Source of the DNA: Dehalococcoidia bacterium
GTDB lineage: Bacteria; Chloroflexota; Dehalococcoidia; Plut-88900
NCBI GenBank assembly: GCA_965207225.1
Contig: CBDBLV010000005.1
Span: forward strand, 1,824,001-1,888,000
Length of the DNA: 64,000 bases
Direction: 5' to 3'
Each line of letters opens with the position of its first letter. The stretch's first letter is position 1. The notes beneath the pieces are model-generated. The model searched no databases and was not told the origin of the DNA. It worked only from the letters and a program-made list of their open reading frames with translations. Position numbers and translations under genes: made by a program. Positions 47,368 through 57,368 of this stretch are shown here, piece by piece.

Positions 47368-48408
47368 ATGGCAATTATTCAGGACGATATTCCGCTTTCC
47401 TCCGACATTAGCATCCGTTCAAAGTTCCCGCTGCCCGACTGGGTAATTTCAGGGGAAACGACGGACATTTACTTCCGTCGGGCGCAGGAGGTGCTGGAGG
47501 CCGAGGGTCTGAACCCGACGGTTACGGTTGAGTTCTTCACGTCCAAGCCCGGGGTGCTCTGCGGAATAGATGAAGCTTTGCAGCTGATAGAAGAGGTTGT
47601 GCCGTCGGGTGAGAGGGAGGTAGAGGCGCTGGAAGAAGGGTGGAAGATCGAGCGGAAGGAGGTGGTACTGAGGGTCCGGGCGCCCTACCGGCCGTTCGGG
47701 TTGTATGAGACGCCATTGCTGGGGATTCTTTCGCATTGCACGGGATGGGCGACAGCGGCCCGTGAGTGTGTCAGGGCTGCGGAAGGCAAGCCGGTGGTGA
47801 GCTTTGGGGCTAGGCACGTGCACCCGCTGGTGTCGGGGAGGATGGAGTATGCGGCGGTGGTGGCGGGGTGCGTGGGATGTGCGTCGATTGACGGGGCGGC
47901 GCTTGCTGGGATCGAACCGACAGGGACGATGCCGCACGCCCTGATCCTGGTGGTCGGGGACACGCTGGAGGCGGCGGAGGCGTTCGACCGGAGCCAGGGC
48001 CCCGAGGTGCCTCGTATAGTCCTGGTGGACACGTTCAAGGATGAGGCGGAGGAGAGCCTGCGGGTGGCCCGGGTGATGAGGGACAGGTTGACCGGGGTGC
48101 GGTTGGATACGCCGCGGGAGAGGGGTCGGGTGACGGCGGAGCTGGTGAAGGAGATAAGAGCTCGATTGGACCTGGAGGGGTTTGAGTCGGTGAGGCTCAT
48201 AGTGAGCGGGGGGCTGGACCCCGAACGGATACGTTATTTCATTGAGAACGATGCGCCGGTGGACAGCTTCGGGGTGGGGGGATACATCAGTAACGCTGGG
48301 CCGATCAATTTCACGGCGGACATCCACGAGGTGGAGGGGAAGGCGATAGCGAAGAGAGGTCGGATCCCGGGGCTGACGGAGAATTTGCGGTTGAAGAGGG
48401 TGATGTAG
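47368..48408 (+). CDS. pncB: Nicotinate phosphoribosyltransferase (short type)
   Basis: TDIYF, SFGARH, GTMPHA, LVDTF, GVRLDTP, SGGL, FGVG, KRG. Confidence 0.92.
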   Translation: MAIIQDDIPLSSDISIRSKFPLPDWVISGETTDIYFRRAQEVLEAEGLNPTVTVEFFTSKPGVLCGIDEALQLIEEVVPSGEREVEALEEGWKIERKEVVLRVRAPYRPFGLYETPLLGILSHCTGWATAARECVRAAEGKPVVSFGARHVHPLVSGRMEYAAVVAGCVGCASIDGAALAGIEPTGTMPHALILVVGDTLEAAEAFDRSQGPEVPRIVLVDTFKDEAEESLRVARVMRDRLTGVRLDTPRERGRVTAELVKEIRARLDLEGFESVRLIVSGGLDPERIRYFIENDAPVDSFGVGGYISNAGPINFTADIHEVEGKAIAKRGRIPGLTENLRLKRVM

Positions 48409-48478
48409 GGGCGTTTATGGGAACCAACTATGGACCTTTAGCGGATGCCCTGACAGAGTTCCAGAAAACCCAAATGCG

Positions 48479-49243
48479 ATGACAGAATTCTTGACTACTG
48501 CGAAAACGACTGTAGCGATTGAAGACATAATCAGGCAGGCTGATGAGTGGGTCCTACTCATCAGCCCATATTTAAAGTTTGACGAGAACTTCAGACGGCG
48601 TATTGAAAACAAAAGCGGCTCGGCTAATGTCACCGTCATATATGGTAAGAAAAAACTGCAATCTAAAGAAGACAATTGGCTCAAGGCACAGAAGTGGATC
48701 GAGACGAGGTTCTGCAAGACCTTGCACGCGAAGTGCTACCTAAATGAGAAGGAGGCGGTTCTGACCTCTATGAACCTCCACAAATTCTCCCAGGACAATA
48801 ACAATGAAATGGGGATACGCGTTTCTAGAGAGAATGACCGGGAGCTTTACGAAGAAATTCTTGAAGAAGCGAGGGACATAGAACGAATCAGTGAGGTGGT
48901 TGCACATGCCAAGAAAAATAAAATCATTAAGGAAGCCGCGGCAGTCTATTCAGTAGCCAAGCAAAGTACCCCAAAAAGCCAACTTCAAACAATTTCACCA
49001 AGCGCGGGCTATTGTATTCGTTGCAAAAAAGACCTAAATGCGAATCCAAGTAAACCCTATTGCGATCCTCATTTCAAAACTTGGAACAAATTTAAGAACG
49101 ATAAATTTGAAGAGAAACACTGTCACCTTTGCGGCAAGAGATGGAAGACCAGTCGGGCGAAACCTGTATGCAAGCCTTGCTGGGATAAGCACACAGAATT
49201 CGTGGAGACCGCGTTATATGCGTTAAAGCATGTAGCAGACTGA
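48479..49243 (+). CDS. PLD-like (HKD variant) domain protein with C-terminal Cys/His zinc-binding region; AT-rich
   Basis: ISPY, LHAKCYLNE, TSMNL, NNEMG; GYCIRC..KPYCDPH..CHLCG..KPVCKPC. Confidence 0.85.
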   Translation: MTEFLTTAKTTVAIEDIIRQADEWVLLISPYLKFDENFRRRIENKSGSANVTVIYGKKKLQSKEDNWLKAQKWIETRFCKTLHAKCYLNEKEAVLTSMNLHKFSQDNNNEMGIRVSRENDRELYEEILEEARDIERISEVVAHAKKNKIIKEAAAVYSVAKQSTPKSQLQTISPSAGYCIRCKKDLNANPSKPYCDPHFKTWNKFKNDKFEEKHCHLCGKRWKTSRAKPVCKPCWDKHTEFVETALYALKHVAD

Positions 49244-49331
49244 CAGGCCTAGGAGAAGAGTGGGGGTTTTCTGTGGCGGTGCTTGGTGCGGAGAGGGGTG
49301 AGGTTTTCGGTCCGGGGTCGGGGGCGAGGAG

Positions 49332-50834
49332 CTACTCTTTGAGGCCGGCAGCAGATTCCTTCTTGGAGCAAGCTTCGGAATCGGTTTTCTCGAACTGCAA
49401 CTTTAGCCCCCTTTGAGTTGACTCCGTAATCTTAGAATGGTCGCAGGTGCGGTGGCCAACTAGCCAGATGATTTGGTCTCCGGAGAGGACTATGGGGATG
49501 GAGTCGCGGAGGTGGCGGGGGACTTTGGCGTCGGTGAGGAAGTCCTGGAGTTTTTTTGAGCCGGACATGCCGAGGGGGGTGAAGCGGTCGCCGGGCTGAC
49601 GACGTCTTACTGTGAGGGGCCCGGATAATTGGTCCATGTCGAAGAGGGCTGAGCAGGGGTCGGGGTCAGGTACGGTTGGGACGGTTTCGTCGATGACTGC
49701 GGTAATTCTCCAGCCGGGGATTAGAGTCTGGCCGGGTATGGCGATGAGTTGAGGTGCGTCAGGGAGGAGGATGGATTCCTGCCTCCGCAGGAATGACGGA
49801 GGGGCAGGGTTCCGGCTCAGGTAGAGGTTTTCGTAGCCAAGGGTGGCGTGAACTCCTTTAGGCAGGTTCAATTTCGCGCCTGTGTCTGCCGTGAGAAGGG
49901 AGTCGAGGGCCTCTACGTGAACGGCCTCAATGTCAATGGGGCTGCCGGACAGCGACTCCAACGCCTGTGAAAGGATGCGGCGGCGCAAAGCAGGGTGGAT
50001 TTCGGACAGGTCCCGGCGGGAGATGGATAGGCTGGATTCGCCGCGTTCCACAAGCTTCGCTGAAATCTCGTCGACGTGGGACTGGATAAGGGAGAGGTCA
50101 AGGGCAGCGGATTCGGCTAGGCGGATGAGGGAGTCGGAGATGCGGGAGTTGTATTCTCGAAGCAGGGGCAGGAGATCCAGCCTGATGCGATTCCTGAGGG
50201 TCTCGGGGAGGAGGTTGGTGTAATCGATTCGGGGTTCGAGGTGCAAGGTATTGCAATAGGCCTCGGTCTGGGCCCGGATCACCTCCAGGAGGGGACGGTA
50301 CAGCGAAAAGGTGTGGCCTGAGACCGAAGTAGCCTCGGAAACCGGCTTCATTCCGACGAGGCCGCGGAGCCCCGTTCCCCTGATCAGGTGGAGGAGGACG
50401 GTCTCGGCCTGATCGTCGGCAGTGTGGGCGACGGCAATTCCGAAGGCGCCTTGCTCCTGGGCGACGCGGGCGAGGAAGTTGTATCGGGCTTCACGGGCTT
50501 TTTCTTCCAGGGAGCGGCTATGACCACCGGGACGGGACTTGACATTTTCCTTGGCCGTGGAGAAGGGGAGGCCCAGGGATTCGGCCTGGGCCCTTACGAA
50601 GTCTGCGTCGGAATCGGAGGCGGGGCCTCGGAGGCCATGGTTGAAGTGGGAGACGTGGAGGTTAAGACCTAGCTTGTGTGATAGACGGTGGAGGGCATAG
50701 AGGAGGGAAAGGGAGTCGGGGCCGCCAGATACGCCGATGACCAGGGGACGAGGGGCACGGGCCAAGTCGTAAGCAAGGATGAACTTGCGGACGCGGGACT
50801 CCAGGGTGGAGATGGCTCGCCTGTTTGCTGGCAT
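49332..50834 (-). CDS. tilS: tRNA(Ile)-lysidine synthetase
   Basis: GVSGGPDS, FNHGLRG, AREARY, AHTADDQAET, RPLL, RNRIR, GDRF..KKLQD. Confidence 0.97.
   Translation of the reverse strand: MPANRRAISTLESRVRKFILAYDLARAPRPLVIGVSGGPDSLSLLYALHRLSHKLGLNLHVSHFNHGLRGPASDSDADFVRAQAESLGLPFSTAKENVKSRPGGHSRSLEEKAREARYNFLARVAQEQGAFGIAVAHTADDQAETVLLHLIRGTGLRGLVGMKPVSEATSVSGHTFSLYRPLLEVIRAQTEAYCNTLHLEPRIDYTNLLPETLRNRIRLDLLPLLREYNSRISDSLIRLAESAALDLSLIQSHVDEISAKLVERGESSLSISRRDLSEIHPALRRRILSQALESLSGSPIDIEAVHVEALDSLLTADTGAKLNLPKGVHATLGYENLYLSRNPAPPSFLRRQESILLPDAPQLIAIPGQTLIPGWRITAVIDETVPTVPDPDPCSALFDMDQLSGPLTVRRRQPGDRFTPLGMSGSKKLQDFLTDAKVPRHLRDSIPIVLSGDQIIWLVGHRTCDHSKITESTQRGLKLQFEKTDSEACSKKESAAGLKE
49773..49797. 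repeat. REP-like palindrome inside tilS, read in frame as SFLRRQES
   Basis: GGATTCCTGC-CTCC-GCAGGAATGAC with a perfect 8-bp stem ATTCCTGC/GCAGGAAT. Confidence 0.7.
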
Positions 50835-50858
50835 GACTGCAATCTCCTACGGAGCCTG

Positions 50859-51470
50859 TTACTCAAGCCCCGATAGATGGCACCTGTCGTTCAGGGAGCG
50901 GAGGACGGGGTCACCATTGGAGAAATCGAGTTCGGTTATGGCTGCGAGGTCCTGGCGTATGCGCTGGAAATTGCGCAGGTCCATTCCCAAGGCCTTAAGG
51001 AGGATGCTCTGTATAGCGAAGTTGTGGCTGACGGCGACAACCGTGCCCGTGGGGTGGCTGTCTCGGATGTGGAGGATTGCGTTCCAGGCACGTTCCTGGA
51101 GCCCGATGATGGACTCGCCGCCTGGCATGGTGAGGGCGCCGACGTTGATCCGCCATTGTTCCAGGATGTGAGGATAGCGTTCACGGAGGTCGGGGCCCTG
51201 GAGGCCATCAAGCTCGCCGATGTCCAGCTCCCGGAGGTTTTGGACGGTATCGACGGAAAGGGCATGGGCCTGAGCTATCGGAGAAGCAGTTTGCAGGGCA
51301 CGGGTCTGGGGACTGGAATAGACGACGTCCAGACTCTCAGAGGAGAGACGGCGTGAGAGGGCTTGGGCCTGGGACTGGCCCACCTGGTTGAGGGGGGCGT
51401 CGCTGGCACCCTGGAAGCGGCCTTCCTTATTGGCGTCGGTTTGTCCGTGTCTTACGAGGATGATGCGCAT
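50859..51470 (-). CDS. Histidine phosphatase family protein (CobC/GpmB-like)
   Basis: LVRHGQT, YSSP..RA, LRELDIG, PGGES, VSH. Confidence 0.92.
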   Translation of the reverse strand: MRIILVRHGQTDANKEGRFQGASDAPLNQVGQSQAQALSRRLSSESLDVVYSSPQTRALQTASPIAQAHALSVDTVQNLRELDIGELDGLQGPDLRERYPHILEQWRINVGALTMPGGESIIGLQERAWNAILHIRDSHPTGTVVAVSHNFAIQSILLKALGMDLRNFQRIRQDLAAITELDFSNGDPVLRSLNDRCHLSGLE

Positions 51471-51502
51471 TTCGAGATTCAAGGAGGAAAGGAGGAGCAC
51501 TC

Positions 51503-52759
51503 CTAGCGCTTATAGACGAGGAGCTTTTCGATCTTAACACCCTTCATTTCGGCGACGGTGATGCGGCGACCCTGGAAGCGGAAGGTCTCGCCTTCGGAGG
51601 GTATGTGGGAGAGCATTTCGAGGGCGAAACCGGCGAAGGTCTCGTATTCGCCGTCGGGGATGCTGAGGCCGAGGGTCTCATTGGCCTCGTCTATGGGCAT
51701 GCCGCCGTCAACTTGAAAGGCGCCGGACTCGAGCTCTTCTACCTCGTCGCGGGTGGTCTCGTCGTCGGCGACCCGGCCCATGATGGAAGCGACGAGCTGC
51801 TGGTTGGTGACCAGACCCGAGACGCCACCGTATTCGTCGACAACGAGGTACATCTGATGGCCGGAGGAGCGCATTTCGAAGAAGAGGTCGCCGAGGCGCT
51901 TGGTCTCGGGGACGAAGGGGACCTGGCGTACGAGCTCGATTAGCTTGCTTTCGTACTGGACCTGACCGTTGTGGAGGGCGCGGATGACGTCTCGGGTGTG
52001 GAGCAAGCCGACGACGTTGTCATAGGACTCCTTGTAGATGGGGAATCGGGAGAGAGGGGAGGACTCGTACTCGTCGAGGAATGCCTTCAGGGTGATGTCT
52101 TCGTCGAGCCAGACCATCTCCGTGCGAGGGGTCATAACTTCTTTGACCAGACGTTCCCGGAAGACAAGGACGTTCTGGAGCATCCTGGCCTGCTGACGGT
52201 CCACGGCACCTACTTCCCGGCTTACGTGGATAACCGAGCGGAGGACCTCGGGGCTGACCAGGGTGCGGGAGCCGACGCGCCCGCCACTCAGGTTGATGAT
52301 GGCGCGGCCAATCAGCTGTAAGCCAAAGGAGATGGGCATCAGGAGAATTTCAACCAGGGCGAAGGGCCTGAGGTAGGTGAATGCGAGCCATTCGGAGTGA
52401 CGGCTGGCGAAGGTCTTGGGGATGACCTCGCTGAATATGAGGAGGAGGAAGGTCAAGCCGGCGGTTGCAACTATTACGCCGGTATTCTCCCCCAGCCAGC
52501 TCACGGCGAGCGCCGTTCCGACGGAGGCGGCGGCGATGTTGACGAGATTGTTGCCGAGAAGCACCGTTGACAGGGTGCGCTCGGGGGCATCCAGACGCTC
52601 TAACATCTTTTCGGCGCCGTGGCGGCGCACGTTGACGAAATGCAAAATCCTCACGCGCTCCAGGGACATGAAGGCCGTTTCCGAACTGGAAAAGAAGGCC
52701 GACAGCACCAGGAAAAGGGCGATGAGGGAAATGCTGATGATTGTGCCCTCGGTTGTCAT
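51503..52759 (-). CDS. CNNM/hemolysin family protein (DUF21 + CBS pair + CorC domain)
   Basis: SAFFSSSETA, LLGNNLVN, EVIPK, VMTPR, SRFPIY, VVDEYGG, YETFAG. Confidence 0.95.
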   Translation of the reverse strand: MTTEGTIISISLIALFLVLSAFFSSSETAFMSLERVRILHFVNVRRHGAEKMLERLDAPERTLSTVLLGNNLVNIAAASVGTALAVSWLGENTGVIVATAGLTFLLLIFSEVIPKTFASRHSEWLAFTYLRPFALVEILLMPISFGLQLIGRAIINLSGGRVGSRTLVSPEVLRSVIHVSREVGAVDRQQARMLQNVLVFRERLVKEVMTPRTEMVWLDEDITLKAFLDEYESSPLSRFPIYKESYDNVVGLLHTRDVIRALHNGQVQYESKLIELVRQVPFVPETKRLGDLFFEMRSSGHQMYLVVDEYGGVSGLVTNQQLVASIMGRVADDETTRDEVEELESGAFQVDGGMPIDEANETLGLSIPDGEYETFAGFALEMLSHIPSEGETFRFQGRRITVAEMKGVKIEKLLVYKR

Positions 52760-52914
52760 TGTTGGTCTCCTGTTGGCCGCTGAATGGCGGCGTATCTGGA
52801 CATTATATCCGGGGCAGCCTACCGCTCGAAGAACAAGGAACCTGAAGTCTGCTCAATCATCTTTCCAGCTGACATTTGTTAGAATCTTCACTGCGGCTCT
52901 TGGAAATCAACCGT

Positions 52915-55900
52915 ATGGACCTATCGGGCCTGATCGAGTGTGTGATCCGGGACCCTGCTGTCAGGGGCCTGATTCAGACAGTCGCGTCCAGAAACCCGCT
53001 TTCGGCAGTTGTTCTGGATTCGGCCAAGCCCTGCCTGGTGGCTGCGCTGAGGCGAGAACTGGGCAGGCCTATCCTGGTGGTTACGGCACGGGGTGGGGGT
53101 GCGGTGGCGATGCAGGAGCAGATATCCCTCTGGTCTTCTTCCGGTGAAGAGGTGAGTCTTTTCCCGGAGCCCGACGTCCTGCCCTACGAGGCTCGGGGGT
53201 GGGACCCGGCGGTGGCGCTGGACCGGATAAGGGTACTGGACGTGCTGGTGAACGAGTCGCGTGGGGCTGGGCCGGTAGTCGTGACCAGCATTCCTGCAAT
53301 TGCACTGAAAACCCTGTCCCGAAAGCGCTATGCAGACCTTTGTTTCGAGGTGCGGGCCGGGGGTAGGATTGCGCAGCGAGAGCTTATCGAGCGGCTGCTG
53401 GCTGCTGGGTATTATTCGGATGGGCCGGTGGAGCTGCCGGGTACGTTTGCAAGGCGCGGCGGGATTATCGACGTTTATCCCCCAACGGAAGACCGGCCGG
53501 TGCGGCTGGACTTCTTCGGGGATGAGGTTGAGAGTGTGCGGGGGTTTGATCCGGGTACGCAGGCCTCGACAGAAAGCCTGAACAAGGTGAGGATAGGGCC
53601 GGCGAGAGAGTCGCTGCTTGATGAGGAGTCAGAGGTAGGGTGGAAGGACATTGTGGAATTGATAGACCTATCCGGATGTACGGCGGAGACAGTGGCTAAC
53701 TTCAGGAATGAAGTTGAAGGGTATGTGTCGGGGGTGGGGCTGGAAAGCAGGGATGCTTACTTGCAGCTGTTCCAGAAGGGGAGTTTCCTGGAATACCTGC
53801 CTAAGGACACAGTTGTACTGCTGGAAGGCGGGGCTTTACTGGAGAGCGCGTATGTCGAACTCCTGGAGCAGGCGGAGGAGGTACGGGCAGGCCGAGTAGA
53901 CAAGGGAGAACTGCCGAGTGCGATCCCGGCCGCATTCCCAGAATGGAAAGATGTCCGGATGTCGTTGGAGGAATCGGGGACGGTGGTGCGGCTGGAGGGG
54001 TGGGATAGGGCGGGGGAGCCGGATGCAGGGATGATGGATTTCGCACCGACTCCGAATTTCGGCGGGCACCTTCGATATTTCTTGAGAGATTTGCGTGGGA
54101 TGCTGGAGGAGGGGTGTCGGGTTGCGATTGTGAGTCACCAAGCGGAGAGGTTAGCCGAGCTGCTGGCCGAGGTGGATGTGTTCACACCTGTCTTGCCCGG
54201 CATTAAGGATCTCCCCACTCCAGGCGCACCTCTGCTAGTAAAGGGGTCGGTGGCCGAGGGTTGGACGTTGAAAGGTTCGGGCAGGGAGAAGCCGCTGGTC
54301 CTATTCACGGACAAGGAGATATTCGGGTACGTGAAGCAGCGGCGGACGTCAAGGCGGAGACCGGTCAAGAAAGAGGCTTTCGCCTCGGAGATAAAGGTCG
54401 GGGAGTACGTGGTACACGTCGACCACGGGATCGGGCGGTTCGTAGGGGTGACGACGATGAAGCGGGACGAGGGAGAACGGGAATACCTCACCATTGAGTA
54501 TGCGGATGCTGCCCGGCTGTACGTGCCGAATGACAGCGTTGACCGGGTGGCGCCGTACATAGGGTCAGGGGAGGGGCCACCGGTGATGAACCGGCTGGGG
54601 ACACAGGAGTGGAACCGGGCCAAGAAGAAGGTCAAGGAGTCGACGGAGAAAATTGCTCGGGAGTTGCTGGCCCTGTATGCGAAGCGGGAGATGAAGAAGG
54701 GGTATTCCTATTCGCAGGACAACTCCTGGCTCCAGGAGATGGAGGCATCTTTCCCATACGTGGAGACCGCGGACCAGATGGAGACTATCCGGGACGTGAA
54801 GCGGGACATGGAGCAACCCAGGCCTATGGACCGGCTGGTGTGTGGGGACGTGGGGTACGGGAAGACAGAGGTGGCGGTAAGGGCGGCTTTCAAGGCTGTC
54901 CTGGACGGCAGGCAGGTTGCAGTGCTAGTCCCGACCACCGTACTTGCTCAGCAGCATCTGCAAACGTTCAGGGAGCGGCTGAAGGCTTTTCCGGTGGAGA
55001 TTGAGGTACTGAGCCGGTTCAGGTCAGTGAAGGAGCAGAAGTCGGTGCTTGTGAGGCTGGAGGAGGGCAGCGTGGATGTTTGCATCGGGACGCACCGGTT
55101 GTTGCAGAAGGACGTGGAGTTCAAGGACCTGGGTCTGGTGGTTATCGACGAAGAGCAGAGATTCGGGGTGGCGCACAAGGAGAGGCTTAAGAAAATGCGG
55201 GAAGAGGTGGACGTGCTGACCCTGAGCGCCACCCCGATCCCGAGGACTTTACACATGTCCCTGGTTGGGGTGCGGGACATGAGCACCATGGAGACGCCCC
55301 CAGAGGAGCGGCTGCCGATCAGGACTTACGTACAGGAATACGACGACGATTTGGTGCGGGAGGCGATACTGCGCGAGATGGACCGGGGCGGCCAGGTCTT
55401 TTTTGTGCACAACCGGGTGCAGAGCATCGAAGTGCTAGCGCAGAGATTGCGCAAGCTGGTGCCAGAGGCCCGGGTTGCGGTGGGGCACGGCCAGATGAAT
55501 GAGACCCAGCTGGAAAGGGTAATGGTGGACTTCGCAGACCGGGACTACGACGTGCTGGTTTGCACTACGATTATCGAGTCGGGGCTGGACATGCCCAACG
55601 TGAACACGATTATCGTGCACCAGGCTGACAGGATGGGTTTGTCCCAGCTGTACCAGCTGAGAGGCCGGGTGGGCAGGGGGGCCGACCGCGCGTACGCCTA
55701 CTTCTTCTTCGACCGGTACAAGGCCATAAGTGAGGTGGCAGAGAAGCGGCTCAAGGCGATACAGGCGGCGACGGAGCTAGGGGCAGGGTTCCGTATAGCG
55801 ATGAAGGACCTGGAAATCAGGGGGGCGGGGAACTTGCTGGGGGTGGAGCAGAGCGGGCACATTGCCGCAGTGGGGTTTGATCTGTACTGTGCGATGCTGG

Positions 55901-56436
55901 GTCGGGCGATAGAAGAGTTGAGGACGTTGGGCTTTGACGGAATGGACGGGAATGGAGCTTCGAACCTGGTCCTCCCGCTGGACTCCCAAACGGCAGTTGA
56001 CATCCCGATACCCGCGTACCTGCCGGAGGACTATGTACCGGGTCTTGAGGTGCGATTGGCGTTGTACCAACGGTTGGCCAGGCTTCGGGAACTCGAGGGA
56101 GTGGATGCTATGGCACGGGAGATGGAGGACAGGTTCGGGGCCCGGCCGACGGAGGTGGAGAACCTCCTGTATCTACTAAGGCTAAAGCTGCTGGCTTCTG
56201 AACGGGGTATAACGAGAATAGCGCGTGACGGAAAGCAGATCGTGTTGTATCTGGGGCCGGAGGCGCGGGTGAACGGTAAAGACAACAGCACAATGGGGAG
56301 GAGGGTCAAGGTGGGAAGCAGGCAGGTGCGGATCGATGTGGAGTCGGGGGTGGGGGGATGGCAGAGGATTCTTGAGGAGGTTGTGGAGCGGGTCTATGTG
56401 GTGGAGGGGAGGGAGCTTGCGGGCACGCGCAGTTGA
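52915..56436 (+). CDS. mfd: Transcription-repair coupling factor
   Basis: RGGIIDVYP, VVHVDHGIG, CGDVGYGKTE, IDEEQRFG, SATPIPRTL, QLRGRVGR, DLEIRGAG. Confidence 0.98.
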   Translation: MDLSGLIECVIRDPAVRGLIQTVASRNPLSAVVLDSAKPCLVAALRRELGRPILVVTARGGGAVAMQEQISLWSSSGEEVSLFPEPDVLPYEARGWDPAVALDRIRVLDVLVNESRGAGPVVVTSIPAIALKTLSRKRYADLCFEVRAGGRIAQRELIERLLAAGYYSDGPVELPGTFARRGGIIDVYPPTEDRPVRLDFFGDEVESVRGFDPGTQASTESLNKVRIGPARESLLDEESEVGWKDIVELIDLSGCTAETVANFRNEVEGYVSGVGLESRDAYLQLFQKGSFLEYLPKDTVVLLEGGALLESAYVELLEQAEEVRAGRVDKGELPSAIPAAFPEWKDVRMSLEESGTVVRLEGWDRAGEPDAGMMDFAPTPNFGGHLRYFLRDLRGMLEEGCRVAIVSHQAERLAELLAEVDVFTPVLPGIKDLPTPGAPLLVKGSVAEGWTLKGSGREKPLVLFTDKEIFGYVKQRRTSRRRPVKKEAFASEIKVGEYVVHVDHGIGRFVGVTTMKRDEGEREYLTIEYADAARLYVPNDSVDRVAPYIGSGEGPPVMNRLGTQEWNRAKKKVKESTEKIARELLALYAKREMKKGYSYSQDNSWLQEMEASFPYVETADQMETIRDVKRDMEQPRPMDRLVCGDVGYGKTEVAVRAAFKAVLDGRQVAVLVPTTVLAQQHLQTFRERLKAFPVEIEVLSRFRSVKEQKSVLVRLEEGSVDVCIGTHRLLQKDVEFKDLGLVVIDEEQRFGVAHKERLKKMREEVDVLTLSATPIPRTLHMSLVGVRDMSTMETPPEERLPIRTYVQEYDDDLVREAILREMDRGGQVFFVHNRVQSIEVLAQRLRKLVPEARVAVGHGQMNETQLERVMVDFADRDYDVLVCTTIIESGLDMPNVNTIIVHQADRMGLSQLYQLRGRVGRGADRAYAYFFFDRYKAISEVAEKRLKAIQAATELGAGFRIAMKDLEIRGAGNLLGVEQSGHIAAVGFDLYCAMLGRAIEELRTLGFDGMDGNGASNLVLPLDSQTAVDIPIPAYLPEDYVPGLEVRLALYQRLARLRELEGVDAMAREMEDRFGARPTEVENLLYLLRLKLLASERGITRIARDGKQIVLYLGPEARVNGKDNSTMGRRVKVGSRQVRIDVESGVGGWQRILEEVVERVYVVEGRELAGTRS

Positions 56437-56496
56437 ATAGACTCTTGGTTTCTGTACCTAAGGTTCCACCGACGAGTATGTTTGCGATCGTTTTCA

Positions 56497-56532
56497 CCCT
56501 CACCTCAACCCTCTCCCGTCAAGGGAGGGGGG
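56497..56532. repeat. REP-like palindrome between mfd and otsB
   Basis: CCCTCACCTCAACCCTCTCCC-GTCAA-GGGAGGGGG, resembling the CCCTCACCC..CCCTCTCCC..GGGAGAGGG repeat class. Confidence 0.6.
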
Positions 56533-56546
56533 TTAGGCAGTAGGTT

Positions 56547-57368
56547 TTGCCGCCTCGGAGAGTATTGGAACATCTCAATAGCCTCTCTCGGATATTGAGG
56601 GCGGAGCGGGTGGGATTGTTTACGGACTTTGATGGGACACTGACACCCATCTTCGAAGATCCACGGGACACGGTGTTGGACTCAGCCATTAGGGAGAGTT
56701 TGAGTGTGCTTTCGGGGAGGCTGGAGATGGTGGCCGTAGTATCAGGGAGGAGGGTAGGATATCTGAGGGGGGCGGTGGGGTTGGGGGGTATTACCTACGT
56801 AGGCAATCACGGGCTGGAGGTGTGGCCGATGGGGAGGGAAGCCACGGAATCGCGGGCTGAGACTGTTACAGGACTCGAAGAGGATGTGGCAGTCGAAATC
56901 TCCGAGCTGGGCGTAGGTGGGCTGTACGTGGAGGGTAAGGGACCAATCGTCTCCGTGCACTACCGCAACGCTTCCGAGCCAGACTTGGCAAGGTCACTGG
57001 TGCTGGCGATGATGCGTCCATTCGCCGAGACTCGGAAGCTCAGGGTCAGAGAAGGGAAGATGGTCGTGGAACTGGCGCCCGATGTTGATGTCAACAAAGG
57101 CACTGCAGTCAAAGAGTTGGCTCGGGGGACGGGGCTGACCGGGATCATAGTGCTGGGGGATGACGTTACAGACTGCGACGCATTCGATGCGGTGCACACA
57201 TTGGCGGAGACGGAAGGACTCGGGGCGGCGGCGGTGGCAGTTGTGGACGGGGAGACACCTCCAGACGTTATTCTGAAGGCCGATTTCTGGCTGGATGGGA
57301 GGGGGGAGGTGGAGGAATTCTTGCGGTGGATGGCCTATGACTCACCGAGGGCGGAGAGGAAGCTGTAG
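56547..57368 (+). CDS. otsB: Trehalose-6-phosphate phosphatase
   Basis: DFDGTL, VSGR, GNHG, VHYR, GKMVVEL, NKG, GDDVTD. Confidence 0.95.
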   Translation: MPPRRVLEHLNSLSRILRAERVGLFTDFDGTLTPIFEDPRDTVLDSAIRESLSVLSGRLEMVAVVSGRRVGYLRGAVGLGGITYVGNHGLEVWPMGREATESRAETVTGLEEDVAVEISELGVGGLYVEGKGPIVSVHYRNASEPDLARSLVLAMMRPFAETRKLRVREGKMVVELAPDVDVNKGTAVKELARGTGLTGIIVLGDDVTDCDAFDAVHTLAETEGLGAAAVAVVDGETPPDVILKADFWLDGRGEVEEFLRWMAYDSPRAERKL

